DNA of 64,000 nucleotides from Octopus sinensis. Lineage: Eukaryota. Below are positions 1 through 14,005 of the stretch, one piece after another (the first letter of the stretch is position 1; each line of letters opens with the position of its first letter). The translations under genes were made by a program, and so were the position numbers. The notes under the pieces are model-generated. The model was not told the origin of the DNA. It worked only from the letters and a program-made list of their open reading frames with translations, and did not search any database. Location: assembly GCF_006345805.1 (NCBI RefSeq), contig NC_043013.1, positions 33,232,001 to 33,296,000 of the forward strand, read 5' to 3'.

Positions 1-11
1 ATAGATGGATG

Positions 12-46
<35 letters not shown>

Positions 47-47
47 G

Positions 48-118
<71 letters not shown>

Positions 119-274
119 GGATAGAGGGATAGATAGACAAATAAAAAGTTAGATACATAGATTGATAGATAGATATATTGATAGATAAATAGGTAGGCAG
201 ACAGACAGACAGACAGACAGAGAGATAGGTAGATAGATAGATTGACAGACAGATAGATAGATAGATTGACAAAC

Positions 275-353
<79 letters not shown>

Positions 354-355
354 GA
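1..355. repeat. (GATA)n tetranucleotide microsatellite with GACA variants
   Basis: Direct reading of the sequence. Confidence 0.97.
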
Positions 356-565
356 GGGAATCATAAAGAGAAAGAAAAAGTGAGTAATACAGAGATATAG
401 TGAGGGAATGAGACGTGGCGTGAGGGGGAATGAGTCATATAAGTATAAAGATAATTTTATTCATACATTTAGGAAAATATTTGTGTGAAAAGTCTTCATG
501 AACATCTACATTCATACATACATCATCACACACACCGATAAACACACACGGGGATACACACACAA

Positions 566-596
<31 letters not shown>

Positions 597-1139
597 TGTA
601 TATATATTTGAGAATGTATACAGTCGGCCATTTGTATTAATTTGTGAAACCAGAGAGTGCTCAAACTAAACGCATTATCTAATTTTCCTTAATAGTAAAA
701 TAATGTGGGGAAAAATATAAAAAAATCTCCAAGAAAACTCATGGTTTGTGAAAAAGACGAACAAATTTTTATTGGTAGTGACTTCGTACAAAAGACGAAG
801 AAGGAGAGGGAAGAAGAAAGAGAGGGGGGTATTTAGAGTGAGAGAGAATGATAGACATACAAAATAGGCAGAGCAAGAATTATACGTGTAATTATTGAAA
901 TAAAAGTTGTATTATTACCCAAAGTAATGACAACAGTAGGAAAATGTTGTGAGTCTGTAAATTGCTGGACCATTATTTAAGGAAATGCAAATTATCACGA
1001 ACCATTACTGACCCCATTCTAGGATAAGTAATTAAATTACACTCAAATACACACACACATACACGCTCGCACACGTACACACATGTTTAAGCACTTACGC
1101 AGGAGTGTACGGAAAATAACAAATATTAAGCAAAAATAC

Positions 1140-1186
1140 GGATACATATATATATATATATATATATTTGAAAAAAAATAAAATAC

Positions 1187-1227
<41 letters not shown>

Positions 1228-1348
1228 TACGTATCGTATATATATACACACACACAATATGTAAATATATTTATTTACATAAATGCATATATATACATTG
1301 GATATGTATATTGGGATGTATATATATACATATATATATATATGTTTG

Positions 1349-1381
<33 letters not shown>

Positions 1382-1536
1382 GTATATACATATATATATA
1401 TACATCTATATATACATATATACACACATACATATATACATACAGTCAGACATACATATATCTATATCCATATCTAAATATATATATATAAATATATCTA
1501 CGTATATCTATGTGTATATTTATGTACGTATATCTG

Positions 1537-1604
<68 letters not shown>

Positions 1605-1605
1605 C
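1140..1605. repeat. (TA)n/(TACA)-rich tract followed by (CTAT)n
   Basis: Direct reading; accounts for the overlapping YI-repeat ORFs. Confidence 0.95.
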
Positions 1606-2353
1606 CTATAACTTTGTTTGTATATATATACATACTTATATTGTGTGTGACCGCGTAAGCGTATATATATGAATATCTAAACATTCTAACGGATATATAA
1701 AGCGTGTATCTGAAATTTTGTTTCCTTATTCGTGCTATAAGAAATTCACAAATATATATTTGTGTGCGCATGTCTATGGTTCTGTGTATCCGAGTTTACT
1801 ATTGTATAATATCAATTATATACAATACTAGACATACGAAATATTATTAAATACGTGTATGTGTTAGTATTTATAAGTACATATATGCACACTTATAAAA
1901 TAATAAATCTTTGCACATACATAGACGAACAGACGCATTACGCACCGGTTCACACACATATACGTATATGTATATACGTGGATATGTTTATAGACAGACA
2001 CACACGTGGATGCAAACATGCATACACGTACACACATATCCAGAAATGTATATAATTATAGAGACATAATTACAGTCTTATGAATTCATATATATGGTGA
2101 TTTGTATTGATGCTCTAGGCAAAATATAACGTTTCTATTCTTTATTAGATGAAAATCTTTCCAAATGTAGACCGATGGAAAAATGTTGAAAAACATGAGT
2201 GTAAAAACTTACACACACACTTATATATATATAGATAGATATTGATATGCATACATGCATATATTTATATATATATATATATATAATATATAGATACATA
2301 GATATTGATATATATGCATATGCATATACATTATATATATATATATATATATG

Positions 2354-2388
<35 letters not shown>

Positions 2389-2671
2389 TCTACGTTTTCG
2401 GTACAAAATTTTATGAACATTGTCATGTACCCAACACTCCTATACGTTACCAAACATCTTCGCGCTTCTATTAATTATAATCACTCTTGTTTCACTTTGT
2501 CGGCATCATGTGTAAATTTTTCTTATTTTGTTAAGATTCCCATAAGTATTCCGCATCTCTCATCAATACGTACACAGGTACAATCTTATTCATATCAGAT
2601 GTTATACCTATTGCGATACACAATAACTGCATGTATACATACATATCCTAATCTATATACATACACACACA

Positions 2672-2758
<87 letters not shown>

Positions 2759-3310
2759 GTATGTAATGAAATATAATATAAAACTGTCAAGCTTGCAAGA
2801 TTGCAAATCTCTCAGATTCGTCTGACGAATTCATATATTCTATAAATATATATGCATGTATGTATATATGTATTAATGTATGTATGTATGTATGTATGTA
2901 TGTATGTATGTATGTATGTATGTATGTATGTATGTATGTATGTATGTACACACACACACATACACACACACACATATGTACCAATATTCTATGTGTGTTA
3001 TTAAGTACAATATATATATATATAGATATAGTTTATTTTTCAATGCCTTCCGGATTTTGTGTTTTGATGTTAGAAATCCATCATACGCTGTACTTTTAGC
3101 TTTTGGTCCGGATTTTATGAGCAAATATAAGAATCATTTGTGATCTTTAATTTTCTTTTCCTAATCATCAGATTCTCTAAATCTCCCTTGTCATCGTTAT
3201 TCTTTTGAAAACGCATGCGCACATCATATATATATATTAGAAGAAACATATATATTCTTCTAATATATAATACCTGTACATCATCTCCAAACCTTCCAAT
3301 ATATATATAT

Positions 3311-3394
<84 letters not shown>

Positions 3395-3406
3395 AATATA
3401 TATATA

Positions 3407-3450
<44 letters not shown>

Positions 3451-3920
3451 AATGTGTGTGTGTGTGTTTATATGCTCTATCTCATTTGTACTTTAATTAC
3501 TTTGTACTAAACTGGAAGTTTCCTATTGTCACGTCTCTTGTGTTTTTCCTTTTTTTCATATTTTCTTTCATTTCATTTTTTTTATTCATCGGAATCAAAA
3601 TCTCTCTCATTAATCATAGCCTTATTCGCTTTTTTTAATTATATGCATCTCTGAAGACTTATATGTGTGTTCTATCTTGTCTTAGTAATTTAAATTACCA
3701 TAATTTCTATTGTATTACACGACTTCATACATTTCCTTCACCCTTTTTTTCTTTAACAAACTTAGTTTTCCCTCAGATTTATCATTACTTGCACCAATAA
3801 TCTTCTCACTTTTACTGAACTAGTAAGAAATTGGACCCTTACGTAGTCGTTGAAATTGCTAGAATAAATAACTAAATCTACCTCAAACATCATTCCCTAC
3901 GCTTTTAATATAATCCTTAT

Positions 3921-4486
3921 AATCCTTTCTACTATAGGTACAAGGCCTGAGATTTGTTGGTAGCTGTGGTAGTCGATTAGAACGATCCCAGTAAGCAACT
4001 GGTACGTAATTTATCGACGCCGAAAGGATGAAAGAGCAAAGGCGACTCCGGCGGCATTTGAACTCAGAACGTAGCGGCAGACGAAATACCTATTTCTTTA
4101 CTACCCACAAGGGGCTAAACACAGAGGAGACAAACAAGGACAGATAGGTGGATTAAGTCGATTATATCGACCCAAGTGCATAACTGGTACTAAATTTATC
4201 GACCCCGAAAGGATGAAAGGCAAAGTCGACCTTGGCGGAATTTGAACTCAAAACGTAGTAGCTGACGAAATACTTATTTCTTTACTACCCACAAGGGACT
4301 AAACACAGAGAGGATAAAAAAGGACTGATAAACGGATTAAGTCGATTATATCGACCTCAGTGCGTAACTGGTACTTATTTAATCGACCCCGAAAGGATGA
4401 AAGGCAAAGTCGACCTCGGCGGAATTTGAACTCAGAACGTAACGGCAGACGAAATACCGCTAAGCATTTCGCCCGGCGTGCTAACT
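3921..4486 (-). mobile_element. tRNA-derived SINE family A, trimeric copy (head, three bodies, two tail-A segments, terminal tail B)
   Basis: Minus strand reads GTTAGCACGCCGGGCGAAATGC...GAGTTCAAATTCCGCC (B-box-like). Junctions AAAGAAATA|(G/A)GTATTTCG lie at ~4273 and ~4090, 184 bp apart. Same layout as 26705-27290. Confidence 0.9.
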
Positions 4487-4949
4487 TACACTTGTAATAT
4501 TAAGGTCTCTAATATTAGCACCACGCCACCAGTTTTGAGGTGACGGATCAATCGAGACTATCAACCAGGAAACATTCAGAAACTAAACGCTTACGTCATT
4601 TACAAACTTAGAATTTAACGACTAAATTTACCACAAATATACTGTACCCTTTCAAAATAGTGATTTACAATTTGTATACTATGCATTCTATACTGTGCCG
4701 TTTCAAAGTAGTGATTTATAATTTTGGCACATAGCGAACAATTTTCAGAGGAAGGTTTTTTATGGATAATATCGAGTAGAATAATTGACGGATACAGTGC
4801 GAATGCTTTTTTACTACGGCGCCGTGGTTTACAATCCTGTAAATAATAATAATGGTACTTTTATATAAGCTTAAAGCTTATGGCAATCACCATGTAATGA
4901 CTAAGGAAAATAGTCTAATAAAGGGGCATAAGAAAAAAGAAGACTTTCC

Positions 4950-5050
4950 CATCCATCGACCCCGAAAAGATGAAAAGCATAGGTGATCTCGGTGGGATGT
5001 GGAATCAGAACGGAAAGAGCGGAAACATTTTTCGGACTCTCCAACTCTTC
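4950..5050 (-). mobile_element. Decayed SINE family A fragment
   Basis: ATCGACCCCGAAAAGATGAAAAGC...GGAATCAGAACG matches the family A body. Confidence 0.7.
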
Positions 5051-5197
5051 TACAAAGTCAACAATAGTCGTGATGGTCATTCCGTCGAACTTAGAACAAT
5101 CGAACTTAGAACTTATTTACTTATTTTAAGTACTGGCAAACGCCTCTGCTACAGGGGTGTAATTAAATCAAATCTGAGTGTCAAATAGTGTGGTACA

Positions 5198-5409
5198 CAG
5201 GATGGTCCCAAAAGTAGGCTTACACGTATCACGTAGGCACTTTAAATTTCTTTTAAAATATTTTATTACATTTAAATTTCTATCTTACAATTAACTAAAT
5301 TAGCATAGAATAACGGTTTCATATTTTTTATAATAAAGATCTTAACTGATAATACATGAATGCGAAAGAGATAGTTGAATAACTGTAAACCTACTTTTGG
5401 GCCACCCTA
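5198..5409. mobile_element. Tc1/mariner-type MITE (~210 bp)
   Basis: Inverted ends CAGGATGGTCCCAAAAGTAGGCTTAC (5198-5223) and GTAAACCTACTTTTGGGCCACCCTA (5385-5409); TA dinucleotides close to both ends. Confidence 0.75.
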
Positions 5410-6249
5410 TATATACAGAAATATACACACATGCACACATATACGCATACACACACATTTAAGTTAATATGTACGAAATTAACTTAGCTGCACGAGGTCG
5501 TTGTTTAAGATACTTGTACAAGGAACCACACAGTTGAACTGACCCCAAAGACATGCGATTGCAAACCAACATTCTCAACTGCGCTGCAATGCATGTCCTA
5601 TGATATTTTAAATGTTCGCAAAAATATTGATAAATAAAACTTAGTTCATGCTGATAACCAATTTTCTTTTAATGCAGGCCCCGAGCCATCACGCAAAAAT
5701 ATTTATGATATATTTCTGCCATTAAACAGGAATGTACAGAAGAGAACAATTATTACGCGGTGCTGATGTCAGTATCTATGGATCATTGTTGGATCTGTGG
5801 GCTTTAATAGACTCAGCTTCGAATAGAAGAAATGAGGTGTATCACCTCACTGGAAATTGCGTCTATTAATTATTGCTGTAATTGTTATTGTTGCTTTCAT
5901 ATAGGTCAGCCTTGCTCGAGAAGACATACAATCAAATTTTCTCTAATCTCGATCATTCCATTTATGCTTCAAACACATTCTAGTAGTGACCACATAACCT
6001 AATATCTGCTTTTTAAAAAGAGAATAAGCTGTGATTTTAGGGTAATTTTACCCCTGTTTTTAACGTAGCATATTTGGAAAACTTCAAAATATTGGACTGT
6101 TTTAACCGCTATTAAAAATCTTTGCATTTCAGCTTTTTAAAGTAATTCCACTACCAAATATTATGAGCCAACGAGAGATTCTGTACGCATTTGCAGGCCC
6201 TGGTAAAAATAAGAGCTAACTTTTCCTAAGACCGTGATTTCTTTGAAAA

Positions 6250-6910
6250 CTAGAGTGCATTGAGCAGTGTGGTCCGGACTGTAATATTTGGTGTAACAAG
6301 GAGTGTTGTTGATGTCCCTCTCAACTGCCCTCCACACGCAATAATCAACGGAGTTGCAATCTGAGGAGTTAGGTGGGTGGATGTTAGGGGTAATGTGGTC
6401 GCTGAAATTGTCTCACAATCATGACTGGTTTCTCCTGCTTGTGTGGAATGGTGCGGAGTCCTGTTACTAGACATAGTGTCTTCTAGCAGCCGCCCTCTTG
6501 ATCAGGGCAGCGCTACCTCCTCAAGACACTTGATGTAGGCCTCCATGTTGACTGTGAGGCCACGTGGGAAGATGAATGGAGGCATAACTTTGCTATCACT
6601 AGTGATCACTCCAAACACATGATGTTGAGTGGGTGTTTGATTTTTATCACCCTCAGTACATGTATTCAGATTGCACTGTCCTCAGATTGACACCCAAACG
6701 CTGAAATGTTCGTATTGGGGCTTCCGGTGCGAATGCTAAGCGATTTCCAAATTTCTGGCATAGTGAATTGCGTCATGGTGCTGTTTTTCTCACAGATGGC
6801 GCACATCTGAACCTACTGTACTGTGTAGTCGAAAAAATAAAAAAAACAAACAATGCGCGGACGCGAAATTAAAAATCTAAAATGGCGGCGAATTACTCAT
6901 TGCACCCTGT
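6250..6910 (-). mobile_element. Decayed Tc1/mariner DD37D (maT-type) transposase remnant with one TIR
   Basis: Minus translation VFGVITSDSKVMPPFIFPRGLTVNMEAYIKCLEEVALP*...QDSAPFHTS...HPPNSSDCNSVDYCVW. There are 37 residues between the QD and DY aspartates, with internal stops and frameshifts. A TIR-like TACAGGGTGCAATGAG lies at ~6896-6911. Confidence 0.9.
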
Positions 6911-7658
6911 ATATATGATATTGTAGTGCAGGTTAGTTATTTCCAAACAATAAACACATAAATGAAATATATTTACTGGATGACCAACAACAGCAACAAC
7001 AACAACAACAACAAATATTTGATTGCGTTTCTAAGTTGGGACTAATCTCGCCCATTAAAAATGTTTATGAATACAGTTCTGCTACTACAAATCTATGTGG
7101 ACATTTCTATATGTTTTCAGAATATGCTCTTAATTTTACTTGTGTTGATATAAGTGAATTTTAAGTGCATTGTTTACACACTCTGTGTGACAGTGTAAGT
7201 TGCTGAAAGACATTGTGGCATTAGGAAATGTATGTGATGCTTTTTTTTAGGCGTAGGCCTTTTAGGCATAGGCCTTCTCACTGCATCCTGAACATTTTTA
7301 ATGGTGGACATGTTTCACATCTAATACTACTGAAACTCAACTTTACACTGTTTCTGTAGAACAGTCGGTAGAATCAAGAGTTTCTCGGAAGGTGTTTGTT
7401 AATGACCACCTAACATTTCGCTTTACTCTGTTTTCGCTTGTTATTTTCGGTCACCGGCGAGTACTTTTCTTTCTTTTCTATCTATCAAAAAGTAAAACGT
7501 CCATTATTTATATATCCATAAATAATGAAAACGAAGCATAAATTACGGCTGAGGACAATGAGGTAACAAGTTGGATCCATCAGTAACAATTTTGGAATAA
7601 ACAATTAAAGATGTAGCTTCATATTTTTGAGCAAACCGGAGATCCACTACGTAGTCAT

Positions 7659-7889
7659 TCAATCAGCTAGATCTAGCAGGCAAATATCCTTCAAATCAAC
7701 GTCTGGTGCTTCGATAAATGGTAGGACATAGTGCCTGATATAGTTTTCGACACACCATTTCTGATAGCCAAAAGATATGCTGCTCAATAAAGGTTGCTGT
7801 TCTTCATAGCTCCCCTTAAATAGGACTGTCGTAGAGAGCTCCATAAGGAATATATAGCTCTGGTACCCTACCATAGCCGTGTTCTCTAA
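7659..7889 (-). CDS. Candidate terminal exon (E4) of an unidentified minus-strand spliced transcript
   Basis: Strong acceptor TTTTATTTTTCTATCTTTTTATTGGTTTCAG| at 7890 and non-repetitive sequence. Frame 0 is open for 76 codons (LENTAMVGYQ...LDLAD*). The 2-nt-lead frame reads REHGYGRVPELYIPYGALYDSPI*. Coding status unresolved. Confidence 0.4.
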   Translation of the reverse strand, partial: LENTAMVGYQSYIFLMELSTTVLFKGSYEEQQPLLSSISFGYQKWCVENYIRHYVLPFIEAPDVDLKDICLLDLAD

Positions 7890-8098
7890 CTGAAACCAAT
7901 AAAAAGATAGAAAAATAAAAAAACGACTGATTTTACTGAGGTAACTATTGCTTGCGTAGACAGTTCCAAAGGCACTTTATATGATCGCAATCCTGGCTAG
8001 AAACAAAAGCCGAATCTCCTTCGAATCACACCAGGTATACACAAAATATGGAAGTAATAAATACACGAAATATCGAGTCGGCGACATCAAGAACTCAC

Positions 8099-8157
8099 TC
8101 ATATGATCATAGGTCTGTTCGATAAGGCTTGATATGGGAACAAAACCACAACTAATA
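8099..8157 (-). CDS. Candidate 59-nt exon (E3)
   Basis: Acceptor GTTGTTGTTTGTTGTTTTCTAG| and donor TGA|GTGAGT. One frame reads LVVVLFPYQALSNRPMII*, with the stop as the last codon. Another reads ISCGFVPISSLIEQTYDHM and joins E4 in phase. Confidence 0.45.
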
Positions 8158-8720
8158 CTAGAAAACAACAAACAACAACTTGAATGTTCTCAATATCTTG
8201 TGATAATATCTGATATTCTATCTTCGCCTGCGAATAATTGCAATTATCTGAAAACTTATATCAGAAGAATCAAGCTATTTCGGAGACATAATACGATTTT
8301 TATTAAAGCATATTACGTAAGCGAGAATATTTTCCGAAACCATTATGCTACGTCTGATAAAATGTAATTTCTAAAAATACAGAGCTTGTAGAATAAGCGT
8401 AGCCTAGAACCTTATTAGAGAATATAATTTTCAAATTTCTACTGGAATGTTAGGCCAGGCAAAACACAATGGCATTCAATAATTACACGCGTAAACACAC
8501 ATACAGCCGCACTCATATATATATATATATATATATGCATGCATACATACATAAGTATATATATACATATATATATATACATATACATATATATATATAC
8601 ATATATATACATATATATATATATAAATATATATATACATATATATATATATACATACATATATATACAGACATATATATACATAAATACATACATATAT
8701 ATATATATATAATATATATA

Positions 8721-8790
<70 letters not shown>

Positions 8791-9539
8791 TATGTACATG
8801 TGTGATTGGGTGTAGGCACATGCATATATGAACTTATATACATATACAGAGACACACATATACATGTATGCATAAACGTACCTCTTAAACATCCGCGATT
8901 AGATATATGTATACATTGTAAAGAATGCTAAAGAATTATACGGTCTTATATTAAGGCGAAATTAATGAAGGCACCGCTGCGTTTCCACACGGAATATTAA
9001 CCTTTAAATCAAGATTAGTTAAAGTTCGCTGCCATTACCGAAAAACACACACACACACACATACACACACACACACACACACGCACACACACACATCGAA
9101 ACATACTTTCTCTCTCTAATCAAGTATTTTTTCTCTCTCTTTGTTTCTTCTTTTCTCTCCCTCTCCCTCTCTTTCTCTCTCAACCCAAATAAACTCACAT
9201 ATGAAATAAAACGCAATTACACACAATTAATCACTGAAGCTAATACAGCAGAACTTTCAAAAAGTTAAACAATAATCAAACACACAAACCAAAAAAAAAA
9301 TGTAAAATAAAAATTCGATACATACATACATGCATACATACATAGAACAATACATATATAGATACATAAATAGAACAGTAAATACATTTATACATGTACA
9401 CATATATACATAAATATATACATTCATACATATATACATACATATACGTACATATATATATACGCACATGCATATATATGCAAACGTACATACTACTTCT
9501 AATACTACAAATTTGATCATTAATAGAGTTAATGACGGT

Positions 9540-10199
9540 TACAATGATGATGATGAGGATGATGATGACGACGATGTGGTGATGATGGTTGTTGTTGTTG
9601 TTGTTGCTGTGGTGGTGGTGGTAGTAGTGACGGCGAGGTTAGTGATGATGATGATGATGATGATGATGAGAAAGAGGAGGAGGTACAGGAGGAGCAAGAA
9701 GGGGATAATTGCGATGATAATGACGGCAATGAACACGATGGTTATAATGACATTGTTAAATATGATGGTCGTAGTGATGACATCGATGACGACGGCGACG
9801 ACGTCGACGACGACGACGACGACGATGATGATGATGAAGATGTCGGCTACGAGGATGATGTTGTGACGACGGACAAAACATGATCTTCCGTAGCCTGTAG
9901 GTGTTTAATGGCGACGATGGAGGGCTTTTGTGTTAGAAGCGTTAAAAGTAGCTGAAGGTCGTTTGATAATGGCGACGTTGATAGAGTAAAAACAATAGAC
10001 GAAGTGATGGTAAATCGAGTGACGGACGAAGCCGGACAACACTAGCAACAACAAGCATGACCAATTGTTGTGGTAGTAGTAGTAGTAGTAGTAGTAGTAA
10101 TAATAGTAGTAGTTGTTCTTCTTATTGTTGTTGTGATGGTGGTGGTGGTCGCATTGGTGCCGGTGGTGGAGTTGATGGTATTAGTAGTAATATTACTAG

Positions 10200-10240
<41 letters not shown>

Positions 10241-10300
10241 GGTAGTAGTAGTTAGTAGTAGTAGTAGTAGTAGAAATATTGATATGAAGAGGAAGCGAAG

Positions 10301-10343
<43 letters not shown>

Positions 10344-11133
10344 TAATAATAATAATGATAATAATAATGAGGAGAAGAAGAAGAAAAGAAGAAGAAAAAG
10401 AAAAGAAGTGAGAGAGGAAGGGGAAGAAGACGAAAAAGGAGGAGAAGAAGAAGAAGGGGAGAAGAAGAAGAAGAAGAAGAAGAAGAAAGAAGAAGAAGAA
10501 GAAGAAGAAGAAGAAGAAGAAGAAGATGTTCAAGTTAATGAAGTGAGCCTTTTATGTTTGTCGGACAATCAGTCATTAAAAGTGGGGTGAGGTGAAAATG
10601 GAGGGTGGGGAGTATTAGAGAATTAAATGAACTAGAAATGAAGAACATGATGGCGGCCGTATTGTGTTTCATATTTTTTGTTTTGTTAGTTGTTTTCTTT
10701 TGTTTTTGGACGTTTATTGTTTTGTTAAAGAATCAACGTTGATTTTCGTAATGATGAGAATTACGTGTACGCGCGTGTTTGTTCTGTTGGTGTGGGTAAT
10801 GAAGATGATGACAATGGCAATTATGGAGTTAACACCGAAGCTGCTGCTGTTTCTACTGCTGCTGCTCACAGTGATGATGATGATGATGCTGCTGATGATG
10901 ATGAAGATGATATCTTCTTGATTACGTTAGCTGCGATAGAGTTTACAATGACGGCAGCATAATGTTGGTGATGATAATGATGATGATGATGATTATGATG
11001 ATGATGATGATGATGATGGTGATGATGAAGATGAGCATATGAGAATGACGACGACAACGACGATGATGATGATGATGATGTTGATGATGATGATGATGAT
11101 CATGATGATGATCATGATGACGATGACAATGAC

Positions 11134-11195
<62 letters not shown>

Positions 11196-11532
11196 CGATG
11201 ATGATGACGGACACGATTACGATAATACGGATAATTATGATGACAATAATTGAGAGTAGCTAAATTGATATTGCAGACAGTAACGAAAAAGCCGAACTTG
11301 ATACAAATGATGATGATGATGATTATGATAATGACGACTACGACGACGACGACGATGACGATGATGACGACGAGCGTGTTAATGAAAGCGATAATGATTA
11401 CGGCAAATGAGCACGCTGGAACAACTGATGTTAATACTAATGATTATTTTGCTGACGGAAAAGATGACAAGAATATCTGTAATAATATCAACAACAGGAA
11501 CAACGACTGTACTAACACTAATAATAATAATA

Positions 11533-11571
<39 letters not shown>

Positions 11572-11592
11572 TTAATGATGATGATGATGATG

Positions 11593-11623
<31 letters not shown>

Positions 11624-11845
11624 TAATAATAATGTTTACGACAACGATGACAACGACGATGATGATGATGAGATAGTGATGGTGATGATGATGATGATGA
11701 AGATGATGATGATGATAGTGATGATGATGTTGGTGATAATGATGATGATAATGATAATAGTGATGATGACGATCATGGTGATGATGTGATAATAGTGATG
11801 ATGATGATAGTGATGATGATGAAAGTGATGATGATGATGATGATA

Positions 11846-11880
<35 letters not shown>

Positions 11881-11930
11881 AGTGATGATGATGATGATGA
11901 CGACGATGATGATGATGATGATGATGATAT
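9540..11930. repeat. Compound trinucleotide field: (GAT)n, (GAC)n, (GTA)n, (AAT)n, (GAA)n
   Basis: Direct reading; source of the poly-M/D/I/S ORFs. Confidence 0.95.
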
Positions 11931-11970
11931 CAAGTTGATTATAACGTATGAAATACATTATTTAACTTAC

Positions 11971-12031
11971 GCACATACGACCAGAAAGGGTAAATGTTCA
12001 AATTTCCGCCGTCAAATGAAAGGAAACGACA
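11971..12031 (-). CDS. Candidate 61-nt exon (E2)
   Basis: Acceptor TTTCATTTTCTATTGTTTTCAATGCACAG| and donor TGC|GTAAGT. The only open frame is CRFLSFDGGNLNIYPFWSYV+1 nt, in phase with the hydrophobic frame of E3. Confidence 0.45.
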
Positions 12032-12145
12032 CTGTGCATTGAAAACAATAGAAAATGAAACAAACTTAAACCAATAATATTTATAAAGAGTTCAACTATA
12101 GACCAGATATGTCGTTGAATAAATGAAACAACACGACAAAAAGAA

Positions 12146-12491
12146 AATAATACCTCCACCAAGGCAACACTAATGTCATCTCAACGATTAGCCAGAGATG
12201 ATTTTTTAAGTGAGAATATCTGAAATAAACTCGACTGCTCTCACAAACGAGAATACTGAAAATGAACCCGACTGCTCTCAAAAATTAAGTAAAAAAAAAG
12301 CAGGGAAATCCAATCCAGAATCATTGTCTGGTATCGGACCGATCTCAAAATCTAATCAGTTTGTGCTAGTCACAATGCCAAACATCCCTGGAAGTTTCAT
12401 CCGAATCCATCCAGTGGCTCTTGAGATATCTTGTCCACGGACAAACAAACGAACAAGCACGACTGAAAACAGCGACGGCGGAGGTAATAAT
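12146..12491 (-). mobile_element. Non-autonomous DNA element with TACCTCC(G/A)CC inverted ends, resembling Helentron-associated (DINE-1/HINE-type) elements
   Basis: Minus strand starts TTATTACCTCCGCC, followed by TTTGTTTGT microsatellite-like sequence, and ends GCCTTGGTGGAGGTATTATT. Family assignment is from recall. Confidence 0.55.
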
Positions 12492-12494
12492 TAT

Positions 12495-12729
12495 GGCGGC
12501 GAGCTGGCAGAAATGTTAGCACGCCGGGCGAAATGCGTAACGGTATTTCGTCTGTCTTTACGTTCCGAGTTCAAATTCCGCCGAGGTCGACTTTGCCTTT
12601 CATCCTTTCGGGGTCGATAAATTAAGTACCAGTTACGCACTGGGGTCGATATAATCGACTTAATACCTATGTCTGTCCATGTTTGTCCCCTCTATGTTTA
12701 GCCCCTTGTGGGTAATAAAAAAATAGGTA
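12495..12729 (+). mobile_element. SINE family A monomer with tail A
   Basis: GGCGGCGAGCTGGCAGAAATGTTAGCACGCCGGGCG...GAGTTCAAATTCC...AGCCCCTTGTGGGTAATAAAAAAATAGGTA. Confidence 0.92.
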
Positions 12730-12759
12730 ATAAATATGGCATATTCATAATAGAAAAAG

Positions 12760-12960
12760 AACTGTCTTTGTGTCATCTCATCAGATTCGAAACTCACAGA
12801 GTCTTCATCCAAATGCTACTGTGTTTCGATGAATAAGAAATTATTTCTACAGTCATAGCTTTTTCCCCCAACTGCTAGACTTCAGAACTCTCTTCCAACT
12901 CATTATTTTCCTCTTTCTTATGAGCTGAACTTTTTAAAGATATCTGTAAATTTACTGCTT
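12760..12960 (+). mobile_element. Decayed 3' fragment of a CR1/Jockey-like LINE
   Basis: AGTCATAGCTTTTTCCCCCAACTGCTAGACTTCAGAACTCTCTTCCA resembles the SFFPRTARLWNSLP C-terminal motif, frameshifted. Confidence 0.5.
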
Positions 12961-13098
12961 TTGTCTTAATTTCTCCTTCTTCGTAGTCCCTTACACAAAG
13001 TGGCTTCTCGTTTCATTTGAGATTTTCGTATAAAAAAATCCAAACTAATGATGAATACAGTTGATGTACCCGAAGAGACATTCAACAAAATACATAGC

Positions 13099-13266
13099 CA
13101 AGCCCGTCTTTGTAGTATTGTTGGCCCCTAGGAAAATCAATGCATTGATCCCTACATTTTCATTTGTTGATAGAAAACCACAGCAAACAATGATCAGGAG
13201 TGGGCACCCAGAAACGTGGGGACCCTGGACGACTGCTCATTGTGCCTATATCCTAAGACGGTCTCC
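13099..13266. mobile_element. hAT-like MITE (168 bp)
   Basis: Ends CAAGCCCGTCTT and AAGACGGTCTCC, flanked by an 8-bp near-duplicate TACATAGC (13091-13098) / TACATAAC (13267-13274). Confidence 0.6.
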
Positions 13267-13809
13267 TACATAACCCTGACAATATTATTTTTCGCGCTCA
13301 CATAAACAAACAGAACACCATGAACAACAGATGTACAATACCATGTATAACAGACGTAAGAATGGGCCAAATGGAAATAATGAATAAGAAGTAAAAGAGA
13401 TCATTAAAAAAATTGCTGAAAAATAATTCGATATACGTAAAAGCAACTTATGCAGAAACAAGCAGTTCCACGAAAATATAAACATAAGTTGGGAAACCTT
13501 GCAGGATATACCATCCATTGTAGCAAATTAACTGATTGTCAACCGGGTTGAATGATTTAATCAAGTCAATATCACTGGCAGTATTGAGGAAAACCGGGTT
13601 TGATCTTAATACTGTCAAACGTCTTGGAATACAATGAAAAGACGATACACTACGTGAAAAATAAAATAGTAAAGCCTTTCTATTCTTTGAAAAATCGGAA
13701 AAGAGAGGCGTATTTTCAAAAGGAAAAAAAAAGAACTCATTGTAATAAAACGTCTAAAATCATTAACATAGAAGATGCTATTGAAGTAAAAGAAAAGCTT
13801 AAACGAACA

Positions 13810-13971
13810 CGCCGGCGTGGCTGTGTGGTAAGAGGTTTCTTTCGCAACAATGTGGTTCTGGGTTCAGCCCCAGTGCGTAGCATGTTGTGCAAGTGTCTTC
13901 TACAATAGCTTCGAGCCGACCAGAGACATTTGAGTGGATTGGTTTGACGAAAACTGAAAGACCCTCATCGC

Positions 13972-13985
<14 letters not shown>
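13810..13985 (+). mobile_element. SINE family B, 5' half
   Basis: GGCGTGGCTGTGTGGTAAG...GGTTCAGCCCCAGTGCGT...GCAAGTGTCTTCTAC...GTGGATTGGTTTGACGAAAACTGAAAG then (TA)n. Confidence 0.8.

Positions 13986-14005
<20 letters not shown>

Noticed and set aside
4638-4725. ~37-bp direct repeat with 50-bp period (also small duplications at 5095 and 35962)
   Set aside because: Two-copy slippage-type duplications with no further structure.
7560-7660. SECIS element that would make the E3 TGA a selenocysteine
   Set aside because: An ATGA-N12-AA-N23-GA spacing exists, but helix II pairs at only about half its positions.
12155-12220. Apparent exon YSHLKNHLWLIVEMTLVLPWW, in phase with the alternative E3 frame
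   Set aside because: It lies inside the inverted-end element 12146-12491; the donor is part of the element's terminal repeat.
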